DNA of 64,000 nucleotides from Octopus sinensis (taxonomy: Eukaryota): contig NC_043007.1 of assembly GCF_006345805.1 (NCBI RefSeq), positions 77,438,001 to 77,502,000 of the forward strand, given 5' to 3'. The translations under genes were made by a program, and so were the position numbers. The notes under the pieces were generated by a model. It ran no database searches, had not been told where the DNA came from, and worked only from the letters and a program-made list of their open reading frames with translations. Positions 1 through 12,872 of the stretch are shown here, piece by piece; the stretch's first letter is position 1; each line of letters starts with the position of its first letter.

Positions 1-609
1 AATGAAAGTGTGTGTGAGTATGCGTGTGTGCTTGTGGATGTATATATGTTTACGTATCTGTATGTGTGTGTGTGTGAGTGTGCATGTGTGTGTGCACAAG
101 GATGTATACGCGTGTTTATACACTCGCGTGTGTGTGTGCGCGTGTATGTATATGTGTGTTTATGTATCTCTGAGTGTGTGTAGTAGTTTACGGTGTTTCA
201 TATCATGGAAGCCATAGTTGTAAGCTAATATCCCAATCACACGCCATTTTACGCTGAATTCCATCAGCAGTGGTCTTTGTAGAATTTGTTGTTGCTGTTG
301 TTTTTATCGGTGATGGCGGTGGTGGTGTTACTCTTTAAAGAAACAATTTGGTGTTTGTATCTGTGTGTGCACTTGTATATGTGTATGTGCGTAGTGTAGG
401 GATTTGAGGGTATGCCTGTGCTTACATATATATATACAAATATATATACATACAATATATATATTTGTATGCATACATACATATATTTGTAATGCAGACA
501 TAGGTGCATATATATATATATATATATATATAATATAATATATAATATATATGTATACAGATAAACCTCACTGTCTCTGACTTTCTCTTGATATATATAT
601 ATATATATA

Positions 610-660
<51 letters not shown>

Positions 661-839
661 TATTATATATACTGAACTCTACTACGTTCTTAACAGAATA
701 TACCATAACTATACACACATACACACACACACCCCACACATATAGGAAGAGAGAGAGAGGGAGAGAAAAAGAGATAAGAAGACGTTATATATCTGTCGAA
801 TATTTCTATATATGCGCGTATGAATATGTTTACAAAAAA

Positions 840-904
<65 letters not shown>

Positions 905-921
905 GTCTGTCTATCTATCTG

Positions 922-968
<47 letters not shown>

Positions 969-969
969 G

Positions 970-1042
<73 letters not shown>

Positions 1043-1087
1043 TTATCTATCTATCTATCACACTTTGTGTGTGTATATATATATTAT

Positions 1088-1128
<41 letters not shown>

Positions 1129-1470
1129 TTATATTTATATATTTTCTATATAGTAACATTCTATATATTCGTCTACATGTATATATAAATATATGTGGTC
1201 TTCTATTCATATTTGTACTATCTCTGTATACATACATAATACATACATACATAATACATACATACATACATACATACATACATACATACATGCATACATA
1301 CGTACATACATATACATATATGCATACATACATATATACACATACATACATACACATACATACATTCATACATGCATACATACATACGTACATATATATA
1401 TATACATACATACATACATACATACATACATACATACATACATACATACATACATACATACATACGTGTA
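1..1470. repeat. Microsatellite mosaic: (TG)n-like, (TA)n, (TCTA)n at ~840-1058, (TACA)n at ~1225-1465
   Basis: Directly visible simple repeats; the overlapping ORFs are Y/I/L/S/H/T low-complexity translations. Confidence 0.95.
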
Positions 1471-1839
1471 TATATGTTCTTAAGTATTCGTTTAATTTGT
1501 TCTGTGTGATTGCTTCGTGAAAGGTCGTCTGCTCTTACACATTATCAAATGCCGCGTAAAGATACTAGCAGCTTTGTTTGTCTCAGACAGTAGCAACATG
1601 GTCTGTTTGGCCTCAATGTCAATTCTATCGGCACGGCCAGTCTGTCCCCTCACTTATCTCATTCCCACCCAGATACGTGATTCGCACCTGACCTAGCACA
1701 GGTGTGCCAGGCCACGACTGACAAGGACAAAGATTGGACATTATTGCTTTCATTTTGTTTGGTTGGGTTTTTTGATGCGTTTACATGTCTTTGTTGTTTG
1801 TTGGTTGTGTGTTGATGTTAAGGCTGCTACTTTTAAAAG

Positions 1840-2430
1840 TAGTGGTAGTAGTAGTAGTAAGTAGTAGTAGTAGTAGTAGTAGTAGTAGCAGCAGCAGCAG
1901 CAGCAGTTTCAGTAGTGGAAATAGTAGTAGTAGTTATTATGTCGTAGACGTTCTAGAAGTGATAGTGGTGGTGGTGGTAGTTGTTGTAGTAGCAATAATA
2001 GTAGTGGTAATAGTATTAATAGTCTAGAAGTAGAAGTAGTTGTACTAATTGCCGTCGTAGTAGTAGTAGTTATAGTACTAGCAGTAGTGGATGTAATATG
2101 AATAGTAGCAGCTTATCATTAGGAGCATTAGTATTGGTAGTATTTGTAGGAGTAGCAACTTCAGTAGCAGTAATAACAGTGTTAGTAGTAGTAGTTGTAG
2201 TAGTAGTAGTAGTTTTTGCAGAGTAGTATTAGTGGTAGTAGTAGTAGTTGTAGCAGCAGCAGTAGCAACGGCAGCAGCAAGTGTGGTGGTGGTAGAAGTA
2301 GTAGTAGTAGTAGTTGTTGTAGTAGCAGCAGCAGTATTATTAATTATTATTATTATTATTATTATTATATTATTATTATTATTATATTAGTAGTAGTAGT
2401 AGTAGTAGTAGTAGTAGCAGTAGTAGTAGG
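1840..2430. repeat. Trinucleotide microsatellite mosaic (GTA)n/(GCA)n/(TTA)n
   Basis: Directly visible. Confidence 0.95.
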
Positions 2431-2470
2431 TCAAAGAGGCTTCATTCACCACCCTCCCGTTTTTTGTGTA

Positions 2471-3013
2471 CTTTAGGGGAGGGGACGAGTCGATTACACT
2501 CGATCACAGTATTTCACTGGTACTTAATTTATCGATCCCGAAAGGCAAAGTCGACCTCGGCTGAATTTGAACTCAGAACGTAACGACGGGCAAAATACCT
2601 ACTTCTTTACTACCCACAAGGGGCTAAACACAGAGAGGACAAACAAGGACAGACAAACGGATTTAGTTAATTATATCGACCCCAGTGCGTAACTGGTACT
2701 TATTTAATCGACCCCGAAAAGATGAAAGGCAAAGTCGACCTCGGCGGAATTTGAACTCAGACCGTAACGACGGGCGAAATACCTATTTCTTTACTACCCA
2801 CAAGGGACTCAACATAGAGGGGACAAACAAGGACAGACAAACGGATTAAGTCGATTATATCGACCCAGTGCGTAACTGGTACTTATTTAATCGACCCCGA
2901 AAAGATGAAAGGCAAAGTTGACCTCGGCGGAATTTGAACTCAGAACGTAACGGCAGACGAAATACGGCTATGCATTTCACCCGGCGTGCTAACGATTCTG
3001 CCAGCTCGTCGCC
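2471..3013 (-). mobile_element. tRNA-derived SINE family F1, trimeric array (head plus three ~184-bp modules)
   Basis: Reverse strand reads GGCGACGAGCTGGCAGAATCGTTAG (A-box) ... GAGTTCAAATTCC (B-box) GCCGAGGTCGACTTTGCCTTTCATCC; B-box complement recurs at ~2564, 2748, 2931. Confidence 0.85.
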
Positions 3014-3244
3014 ATCATTATCGTCGACACTACCCCTACAATTACTACCTTCTGTAATACCGCTAACAGCAATATTCGCAAGGAGTTTCTATGCAAAATC
3101 TCGACTTGCTACAATGGTCTTCTCTTGTCTAAGAAAGATAGTTCTGCAGTTTCTTGCTGAACAAGCCGCACAGATTATTTATTTATAGTAATCAAATGTT
3201 TGTGCTGAACATCGAATCAACTTTGCCTGAACAGGTGTAGAGTG

Positions 3245-3388
3245 TGCCACGCATCAGGTGTCAAGGCTATCGGAGAGAAACGTGAGATGAAGTGTTTTGC
3301 TGAAGAGCACAGTATACCACCCAGAATTGAAACCACGATTACGGTATCGTGAGTGCAACACCCTAACCACTAGGTTATACGCCCTCAC
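3245..3388 (-). mobile_element. Degenerate tRNA-SINE head (F3 type)
   Basis: Similar to 37640-37762 (aaccacta..., gaaacc, gatgaagtgttttgct). Confidence 0.55.
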
Positions 3389-3584
3389 GACTTTCTTGAA
3401 GTTCTTGGTAAACATTGAAATTAAGAAGCAAAATGGGATCATCTAAGACGGAACATCTTTTACGTGATTGTTCAACTTACTCGAAATAGCAACCAAATTA
3501 CCCTCAAACTTCTCTACCATCTCAGAGATGAGGAACACATTCTGCTCTAGGTTGTCAAAATAAAACTGGATGGCTCCGGATAGA

Positions 3585-3746
3585 ACGTGGCTGTGTGGTA
3601 AGTAGCTTGCTTCCCAACCGCATGGTTCCGGGTTCAGTCCCACTGCGTGGCACCTTGGGCAAGTGTCTTCTACTATAGCCTCGGGCTGACTAATACTTAT
3701 GCGTGGATTTGGTAGACAGAAACTGAAAGATGCCTGTCGTATATAT

Positions 3747-3784
<38 letters not shown>

Positions 3785-3785
3785 T

Positions 3786-3844
<59 letters not shown>

Positions 3845-4051
3845 TGTGTGTATATGTTTGTGTGTCTGTGTTGTCCCTCCAACATCGCTTGACAACCAAT
3901 GCTGGTGTTTTACGTCCCCGTAACGTAGCGGTTCGGCAAAAAAATAGAATAAGTACTAGGCTTACACTGCTTTTAGTCGATGCTCGACTAAAGGCGGTAC
4001 TCCAGCATGGCTGCAGTCAAATGACTGAAACAAGTAAAAGAGTAAAGAGTA
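3585..4051 (+). mobile_element. CORE-type tRNA SINE (F2) with internal (TA)n/(CA)n microsatellite
   Basis: GTGGCTGTGTGGTAAG A-box, GGTTCAGTCCC B-box, CORE-like ACCTTGGGCAAGT, tail CAGTCAAATGACTGAAACAAGTAAAAGAG; many copies in window. Confidence 0.85.
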
Positions 4052-4199
4052 TATGACTGCTATACTATTCCTACAAAAAGAAAAACCGCCATTCCAATTC
4101 ATCAACATTAACTGTACCAATGCTGGCTTCAAATTATCGCACAAGATCAGCATGTAAGGGGAAGAGAAATAAGACGACTCCATTTCTTCATTCTTACTT

Positions 4200-4580
4200 A
4201 TTTTATCTACCCCCGAAAGGCAAGAATAAGCCTCGTTGGAATTTGAACTCGGAACGTAAAGACGGACGACATGCAACTAAGCATGACGCCCGGCGTACTA
4301 ACGATCCTGCCAGCTCGCCACGCCAATTATCAATAGCAATATTAACAACAATATTACGGGTACGGGTGAAGGCAGTAAACAAGCAGAATCATTACCGTGC
4401 CAGAAAAAATGCTTAGCGGCATTTCTTACGACTTTACGAGTTCAAAAGCCACCGGGGTCGACTTTGCTTCACATTCTTTCGGGGTCGATAAAATAAGTAT
4501 CAGTTGAGAACTGGGGTTGATGTATTTGACTTGTTCCCTACCGCGAAGTTGCTGGCGTTGTGCCAAAATTTGAAACCAAT
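4200..4580. mobile_element. Two F1 SINE monomers in divergent orientation (4200-4322 minus; ~4412-4580 plus)
   Basis: ttgaactcggaacgtaa...gccagctcgcc on one side; gagttcaaaagcc...gtcgactttgc...ggggtcgataaa on the other. Confidence 0.7.
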
Positions 4581-4605
4581 ATAATACGGGGAGGCGTACT
4601 GTGGT

Positions 4606-4840
4606 GGAGGCGCGTGGCTTAGTGGTTAGGGCGTCAGCATCATGATCGTATGATTATGGTTTCGATTCCTGGACCGGGCGACGTGTTGTGTTCTTGAGCA
4701 AAACACTTCATTTCAGCTGGCAAAAATGAGTAACTCTGCGATGGACTGGCGTCCCGTCCAGCTGGGGAACACATACGCCATAGAAACCGGGAAACCGGGC
4801 CCATGAGCCTGGCTAGGCTTTAAAAAGGGCGCATTTATTA
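4606..4840 (+). mobile_element. tRNA SINE F3 (head 1 plus V-like tail A)
   Basis: GGAGGCGCGTGGCTTAGTGGTTAG...GGTTTCGATTCC; GCGATGGACTGGCGTCCCGTCCAG resembles V-SINE domains; second copy at 37510-37762. Confidence 0.8.
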
Positions 4841-5169
4841 TTTTTCTTTAGGTGTACTGTGAGACAGTAAACTCTGCGACTTGTAATGTCTAATTCTAAC
4901 TTGGGGTGCAAGAAACCATCGGTGATCTGGCCACGTGGTTTGGTTACATCGCAACATCGCATGATTAAGGACAGAAGGAGAAAGAGGGAAAAGAAAACAA
5001 AAAAGAAAGAAAGCAAGGAAGGAAGAGATAAAGAGAGAGAGAGAGAAGTTGAGAAAGAGAAGGCAAGTAAGAAAGAGAGTGAGAGTAGAATATATGTTAG
5101 GTCTCCGCGTGTACACACCCACTCACATACACACGTATTTACATAGATAAAATATACAAGTATCGTAAA

Positions 5170-5304
5170 CAAGTGTTATATATATATCTGATTAAGGGGT
5201 GAGAATTAGGAATAAAGCGATAACAATATTCATTAGTGGTGTGTATGTATGCATGTATGTACACGTACACACACATACACATATACACACAGACACACAC
5301 ACGC

Positions 5305-5339
<35 letters not shown>

Positions 5340-6266
5340 ATTACATGTATACATACACACATACTTATATGTATATATATATATGTACACACATGTACAC
5401 GCACACATATATATATATTCATGTATACATTCAAACACACTTATATGTATATATATATACACATGCACATTTAAATGAAAGACAGTGAGAGAGAGGGAGA
5501 TCTATACATACGTATACACATATATATATATATGTGTGTGCGAATCTATCTATGTATTCATCTCTGTATCATATATATGTGTGTGAGAGAAGGAGAGCTG
5601 TATACACACGCAAACAGACACATACCTAACCACCTAACTTCCTACCTACCTACATGCACACATATATACATACATACATACATACATACATACATACATA
5701 CACACATACATAAAAGAAAACATACATATATACACACATACATGCAAGCAAACCTACATACGCAAACACTCACATACGCGTACGTATAACCGGTCGGTGA
5801 TCGATCATGCAAACGGATTGTTATATCGTTTATTGTAATTCTAGTTACATATTTTCATTAAGCACGACCGTATAGGTTTACAACCGCCTCATTATCTGCG
5901 CAAGGCAATAAACATTAGATCTAACATTTTACAAGTAAAACCTTTATCAATGTAATGAAGGGCTTGCGAGAGGAGAGTACACCTGCAGATTGAACAGCGA
6001 CCTTATATCAAACCTGAAACAAGCACATCTGTATAGTGTTAGATTACGAAGTCTGTCAGAACGGGTCACCGAATATAGCGCCCATTTTTATACTGCATGA
6101 TAGATAACACGACAGTCACACCATCGTACCATCATGCCACCGTACCAGCATACCAGCATACCAACATACCAGTATACCAGTATACCAGTATTCCAGTATG
6201 CTAGCATGCCGCCCGCTTCCGCTGTAATAGTGGACGGTTAGTAATGGTTGTTTGTATGTGTATATG

Positions 6267-6300
<34 letters not shown>

Positions 6301-6507
6301 TGTATGTATGTATGTATGTATGTATGTATGTATGTATGTATGTGCATGTGTGTGCGTGCTTGCGAGTATGTGTGTGTGTGTGTGTGTGTTTATATGTACA
6401 TATACATTTATACATATATCTATATATTTATATCTAGCTAGCTAGTTATCCATCCCTTTTCTCTCCTTCTTTACATATATACACACACATGAAATTGTAT
6501 GTGTGTG

Positions 6508-6540
<33 letters not shown>

Positions 6541-6560
6541 TGTGTGTGTGTGTGTCACAA
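5170..6560. repeat. Microsatellite mosaics (CA/TA/TACA/TATG) around a ~450-bp unique stretch; 8-bp TACCAG(C/T)A tandem at ~6130-6200
   Basis: Directly visible. Confidence 0.85.
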
Positions 6561-6890
6561 GCAGAGACAGACAAACGTTTATGTCTGCTGAAGGTTCTGG
6601 CGACAGGCACTCCATGTCAGTTGGTATGATGATCGCTTTCCACAGTTGTTGGTAAACGATTGGAAGTAAAGCATGGGCAACAAGGAAAATCCAGAGTTTT
6701 GACATTGCATGAATGAAGAATTGGACATCATGGTTTATGCGAAGTTTGATGGTGGTGGGGTAGCGTACTTAGTGTGTGTCGAGAGGAAGAAATATGAACA
6801 AGACGAATGGGATGAATTCGAAATGGTGGGAGATCAGCCAGCTTCATGAAACAGAAGCCCCTGATGGTACGATAGAAAAAATATATAAAA

Positions 6891-7207
6891 ACTGGCACTC
6901 CGTCGGTTACGACGATGATTTTTTCCAGTTGATTTGACCAACGGATCAGCCTACTCGTTAAATTAACTTGAAAGTAGCTGAGTACTCCACAGACACGCGT
7001 ACCCTTCTCAGTGAGATTCAGCGTGACACAGTATGTGATAAAGCTGGCTTTTGGAATTAGAAGTACTACTCAGTTTTGCCAGCTGCGTGGATTGAAGGAA
7101 CGTTAAATAAAGTGTGTTGCTCAATGACACAACGCACCGCCAGAAATCGAACTCAGAACCTTATGATCGTGAGCTGAATACCCTAACCACCCAGTCACGC
7201 ACCTCCA
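6891..7207 (-). mobile_element. Older tRNA SINE: head 1 plus tail B
   Basis: gcactccgtcggttacgac (tail B complement) joined to gccagctg...gtgtgttgctcaatgacac...ccctaaccac (head-1 complement). Confidence 0.65.
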
Positions 7208-7829
7208 CTAGAACAATAGAACGGGAAGCGAAACGACAGCATATTTCCGGTCAGAAATTGGGACGTCCATGTGAGAGTGTACCGAAAGGCGTACACAATA
7301 AATTCTTTATCTTTTACAATTTCCTTCACAGAGAGAGAGAAATGAAACAAAACCTTAACCACGATTATCAGCAATTCTGAATATAAGAGAGTACAAGTTT
7401 CATGAAAATATGAATAATTCCGATTTCTACTTCACCAGTTGGCATAAGTATTACGCTGCTCTTTTTGCCAACGTATAAAGCTGTAGGCTTTTAACATGTT
7501 GTATTGGTCGCATGGGCATATTAGAAGTAAAACTCTTATTTCAGATGAGCATATTCAGCAAAACGTTTTGAGCGTATTAAAGTTTACGGGAAGCCAGCTT
7601 CCTGTTTAGAAACCAGGGGATTTTTTTAGGACACACTGTTTGGAGAAAATCTGCGTCTAATAGATCACAAAATACGGCAGACAGGAAGCTATACAAAAAC
7701 CTAGCGGTGGTTGATAGCGACTCAGCATAAGGAAGGGAGGCAATTTCCCCCAAAATTAAGAATAAATCTTAGTGAGTTAATATGCTTGGAAAACAAGACA
7801 TTCTAATGTGTATGAATGTTTGTGAGTGT

Positions 7830-7886
7830 GTGTATAATATGTATACACGCAAATGCATAGTAGAGACAATGTGTATGTGTGTGTGA

Positions 7887-7940
<54 letters not shown>

Positions 7941-8176
7941 GGCAGGGAGGCAGAGAGAGAAAGGAATGCGCAGCTGAAATAACATGATGCTAAAGGAATT
8001 TAGTCCGTGACTCGTTGTTATTGCCGTTTTACTGTTGTTATTGTTGTTGTCTTTGTTGATTGTCATGTTGATGTTGTTGTTGTTGGTGGTGTTGTTCTCA
8101 ATATTATTATTGTTGTTGTTGCAGGAACGGACCAGGCTTGGAAAATGAAATATGTTCTTCGCTTTACATACTGCTG

Positions 8177-8219
<43 letters not shown>

Positions 8220-8241
8220 GCTACTGCTGCTGCTGCTGCTA

Positions 8242-8313
<72 letters not shown>

Positions 8314-8320
8314 ATCCTTT
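7830..8320. repeat. (TG)n, (AG)n, (TTG)n, (CTA)n/(CTG)n microsatellites
   Basis: Directly visible; source of the poly-Ser/Thr/Leu ORFs. Confidence 0.95.
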
Positions 8321-8349
8321 CTACTATAGGCACATGGTCTGACATTTTG

Positions 8350-8540
8350 GAGAATTTTATGGAAAAGAGGTTTGTCGATTATATTGAATCCACTGCTCAA
8401 CTGGTACTTATTTTATCAACTCCGAAAGGATGAAAGGCAAAGTCGACCGCTAGAGAATTTGAACTGAAAGCGTAATGATGGACAATGAAATCCCGCTAAA
8501 TATTTTGCCCATTCTGCTTACGATTCTTCCAGCTCGCCAC
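8350..8540 (-). mobile_element. Degenerate F1 SINE monomer
   Basis: ccgaaaggatgaaaggcaaagtcgacc...gaatttgaact...ccagctcgcc. Confidence 0.7.
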
Positions 8541-8739
8541 CTTCACGTTAGAAACTTCATATCATTTGTACTCTTACAATCAAGTCCGTGGATAGTTATA
8601 ATCGGTAGAGGGACTAACAAATACCTTGTGGTGTTTCCTTATATTTCTTTACGTCCCGAACTCACTTCACTTCAAGGTCAACGTGGCTTCTCAGTCTTTT
8701 CCAGGAGCCACTTGAATAGGTTATTTAATGGCGCTGACT

Positions 8740-9836
8740 TAATCAACTATGCTCCATATTGCCATATGCGCGAAACACAGAGATTTAGAACTTGCCAACT
8801 TTTTAAATGTTGTATTGGTCTTTTGCACACAAAGATCAGATGGAACTAGAAACCTCTTGTAATAAGGTTTCATTTGTATTCGAGAGAAGAAAACAGTCTA
8901 AATGTTTAACCACTATAAGGACTCCACAATTCATCTCACGGGTGTAAAACATTATCAATGATGACATTAGAAAACCAATGGGAGCCATTGCAAAGAACTT
9001 CACGGATAGGAGTGGACTATCTGAAATGTGGTGCACAGGGACCTTTCGTACGAGTTGTATGCACTGAGAAGAGACCAACTCATGTCTGCAAAGACACACG
9101 AACACCGTTTGATCTGTGTCGAGCGATAAAGCCAGGTTAAAATCCATATCTAATATAGCATATTTTCGCTCTTCCCTAACTTCGATTAAGACCAAAAGTC
9201 TGACAGGATAAATGCCAAATGGTTATGTGCAGATCCTTCTGATGTCCTCCAAGTGATGCATACTAAGTGTGATGGTCTTAGGGATGGTGAGTAACAAAGG
9301 TCATGTCATGCTGCTTTACATCTTTCCACAAGGTCTTAGAATTAATGCTAATACGTTGAGGTGCTAGAGAAAATTGTTAAACCCTGGATGTAGGAAGCAC
9401 GAAGTGGAAGGCTATACATTTTTAAACAAGACTCAACATCTTCTTACAAAGCCTTCACAACTTAATAATGGCCATTACTTACATTTGACGGATATTTGTC
9501 CTCATCTCGTTTATTGTTAAGATGAGGACGAATATCCGTCAAATGTAAATAATGTAAATAATGTACATAATTCCTAATCTATGAAATATAGAACTGTATT
9601 AAAAATAGACGCCAAACAATCTTTACGATGATGTAACATATAACTTGCGTCCACCAAAATAATCAGATTTACATCCCATGGACTTCTGCGTTTGGAGCGT
9701 TATCGAAAGGAAGACAAATCGACACCTTCAAAATTGTTTAAGTGATGTCCGAAATGGTGAAGGACTATTTAGTGCGGTCAGTCAACGATTCTGGACAAGC
9801 ATTGAAACTGTCATGAAGATGAAGGCGGATTCATAG
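8740..9836 (+). pseudogene. Decayed Tc1/mariner DD37D (maT)-like transposase, interrupted at ~9476-9600
   Basis: Frame-shifted peptides NVVHRDLSYELYALRRDQLMSAKTHEHRL, MVLGMVSNKGHVM..IFPQGLRINA, VKPW, FKQDS, PPK*SDLHPMDFCVWSVIER parallel the transposase at 62874-63362. Confidence 0.75.
9479..9600 (+). mobile_element. PLE-tail-derived fold-back insertion (29-bp arms, 12-nt loop)
   Basis: ttacatttgacggatatttgtcctcatct / agatgaggacgaatatccgtcaaatgtaa; 9520-9600 is the reverse complement of the hammerhead-bearing tail at ~52382-52450. Confidence 0.75.
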
Positions 9837-9837
9837 A

Positions 9838-10217
9838 ATGGATGGAAGCACTCCGTCGGTTACGACGACGAGGGTTCCGGTTGATCCGATCAACGGAACA
9901 GCCTGCTCGTGAAATTAACGTGTAAGTGGCTGAGCACTCCACAGACACGTGTACCCTTAACGCAGTTCTCGGGGATATTCAGCGTGACACAGAGAGTGAC
10001 AAGGCCGACCCTTTGAAATACAGGTACAACAGAAACAGGAAGTAAGAGTGAGAGAGAAAGTTGTGGTGAAAGAGTACAGCAGGAATCACCACCATCCCTG
10101 CCGGAGCCTCGTCGTAGGTGTTTTTGCTCAATAAACACTCACAACGCCCGGTCTGGGAATCGAAACCGCGATCCTACGACCGCGAGTCCGCTGCCCTAAC
10201 CACTGGGCCATTGCGCC
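9838..10217 (-). mobile_element. tRNA(Arg-like) SINE F4 (head 2 plus tail B)
   Basis: Reverse strand GGCGCAATGGCCCAGTGGTTAGGGCAGCGGACTCGCGG...GGTTTCGATTCCC; tail ...CGTAACCGACGGAGTGCTTCCATCC; near-identical copies at 49503 and 57002. Confidence 0.9.
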
Positions 10218-10254
10218 ACTAGTATTCATAGAATAATTTTATGAGAAAGCTTGC

Positions 10255-10730
10255 TTCAGCATGGCCACAGTCAAATGACTGAAAGAAGTAAAAGAATAAA
10301 AGAAAAATTATATCAAAATACATTTGGTGTTTGCTTTCTTTTACGTGTTTCAGTCATTTGACTATGGCCATGCTGGAGCACCTCCTTAAAAGGTCTTAGT
10401 CGAAGAAATCGATCCCAGTACTTATCCTAGCGGTCTCTTTTGCCGAACCGCTAGATAAACGAAGACAGGAACACACGAGCACCGGTTGTCAAGCGATGGT
10501 GGGAGGGATACATAAATATATACATACACATAAATATATACACACACATAAATATATACATATATATACGACAGGCTTCTTTTAGTTTCCGTCTACCAAA
10601 TCCACTCACAAGGCTTTGGTCGGCCCAAGGCTATAGTCGAAGACACTTGTCCCAAGTGCCACGCAATGGAACTGGGCCCGGAACCATGTGATTGGGAAGC
10701 AAGCTTCTTAACACATAGCCACGCCTGCGC
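10255..10730 (-). mobile_element. F2 CORE SINE (minus) with a tail-to-tail plus-strand F2 tail fragment at 10255-10310
   Basis: cagcatggccacagtcaaatgactgaa then tttcagtcatttgactatggccatgctgg. Confidence 0.8.
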
Positions 10731-11223
10731 CTTGATTAGGGTCGTTTGATTAAATTACCAAATATGTCCTATAAGTTCTCAGATATCTCTTGCACCATGC
10801 ATATATATATGTGTATGTGTGTGTGTGTGTGTGTGAGGAGAAGGGTATTTTGAGGCAAAGAAAGCGACCAGCTAATACATACTTAACAAATACAAGCTAT
10901 GAACGAAACATAAAAAAAAAAAAAATGAAAATATCATAGAAAAATTCAGCTTGTGATATTTTATCATTATGTTTTTTTTATTCAGATTTCTTCGAGTGAA
11001 CTTTGTGCTTTGATCTTTGTTAGAAACCTGGTCCTTCCTTATAGAAGGAATTCAAATAATTAAAGATGAAAAATAGCTACATATTTGCTCACGCACGCGC
11101 ACACACACATATACACATTCAAAGATACATGCAGAGATATATAGTTACTATAGGGTCTAGTGAGTACCACTAGTGAACTTTGTGCATATATATATATATA
11201 TATTATATATATATATACATACA

Positions 11224-11316
<93 letters not shown>

Positions 11317-11363
11317 GTATATATATATATACATATATATATGTATATATATATATTGTGGAA

Positions 11364-11968
11364 GGCGGTGAGCAAGCAGAATCGTTAGCACGCCGGGCGA
11401 AATGCTTAGCAGTATTTCGTCTGCCGCTACGTTCTGAGTTCAAATTCCGCCGAGGTCGACTTTGCCTTTCATCCTTTCAGGGTCTATTAAATAAGTACCA
11501 GTTACGCACTGGGGTCGATATAATCGACTTAATCCGTTTGTCTGTCCTTGTTTGTCCTCTCTGTGTTTTGCCCCTTGTGGGTAGTAAAGAAATAGAAATA
11601 GGTATTTCGTTAGCCGCTACGTTCTGAGTTCAAATTTCGTCGAGGTAAACTTTGCTTTTATCCTTTCGGGGTCGATTCAATAAGTATCAGTTACGCACTG
11701 TGGTCGATATAATCGACTTAATCCGTTTGTCTGTCCTTGTTTGTCCCGTCTGTGTTTAGCCCCTTGTGGGTAGTAAAGAAATATGTATTTCATCTGCCGC
11801 TACGTTCTGAGTTCAAATTCCGCCGAGATCGACTTAGCCTTTCATCCTTTCTGGGTCGATTAAATAAGTACCATTTACGCATTGAGGTCGATGTAATCGA
11901 CTTAATCCGTTTGTCTGTCCTTGTTTGGTCCCTTCTAAGTTTGGCCACCTGAAGGCAATAAAGAAATA
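11364..11968 (+). mobile_element. F1 SINE trimeric array
   Basis: Head GGCGGTGAGCAAGCAGAATCGTTAG; B-boxes at ~11436, 11626, 11809; ends GGCAATAAAGAAATA before (TA)n. Confidence 0.85.
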
Positions 11969-11978
11969 TACATATATA

Positions 11979-12023
<45 letters not shown>

Positions 12024-12026
<3 letters not shown>

Positions 12027-12177
12027 TTATTGCCCACAAGGGGCTAAACATAGAGGAGACAAACAAGGACAGACAAAGGGATTAGTCGATTACATCAACC
12101 CCAGTGCGAAACTGGTACTTTATTTATCGACCCCGAAAGGATGAAAGGTAAAGTCGACCTCGGCGGAATTTGAACTC

Positions 12178-12180
<3 letters not shown>
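12024..12180 (-). mobile_element. 5'-truncated F1 module between (TA)n tracts
   Basis: Single body and tail, cut at the B-box. Confidence 0.8.
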
Positions 12181-12213
<33 letters not shown>

Positions 12214-12446
12214 TGGCCTTTGGTTATAAAAATTTAAGTAGAACGTTGAGAAGTGTGGGTTCCCGGATAAAGAAGAGAATATTTAGTCTATATTTTGTAA
12301 GTTTAATGTAACAGTGTTATAGTAGAAATATGCGAGACATTTGTAGGGTTTAGTTTGTGAGGAGTCTAACACAGCTGTTGACTAAATTTCACTGACACAG
12401 CCAGACCTCAGAAACAAGATACGAATTAAAAAGAAATTAATCTGTA

Positions 12447-12495
<49 letters not shown>

Positions 12496-12872
12496 ATACA
12501 CATCAAACGCGCACGTCCGCACATATCTCTCTCTCCTGTATGAGAGATGCACTCACTCACACACAGACAGGGACGGACAGACACACGCATACACACATAC
12601 ACCGAACACACACATACACTTATCTTCTCATACGCAAAGATGCGCTCATTTACTCACACACATGAACACAAACACATGTTGGGTGCGTGTGTTTAAATAT
12701 GTATGAATGTGTATTACACACATACATTCAACACACTCATACACATACACACACACGAACACACAGGCATATACATATATACATATATACGTATGTTTAT
12801 GTGTGTATTTGTGTGTGTGTGTGTGTGGTGTGTGTGTGTCTGTCTGTCTGTCTGTACATACCCACAGAATGT

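Noticed and set aside
2-2476. Long ORFs such as 588-1520 (310 aa) and poly-Ser/Val ORFs
   Set aside because: Translations of (TA)n, (TCTA)n, (TACA)n and (GTA)n repeats; no domain content. The same applies to similar ORFs throughout the window.
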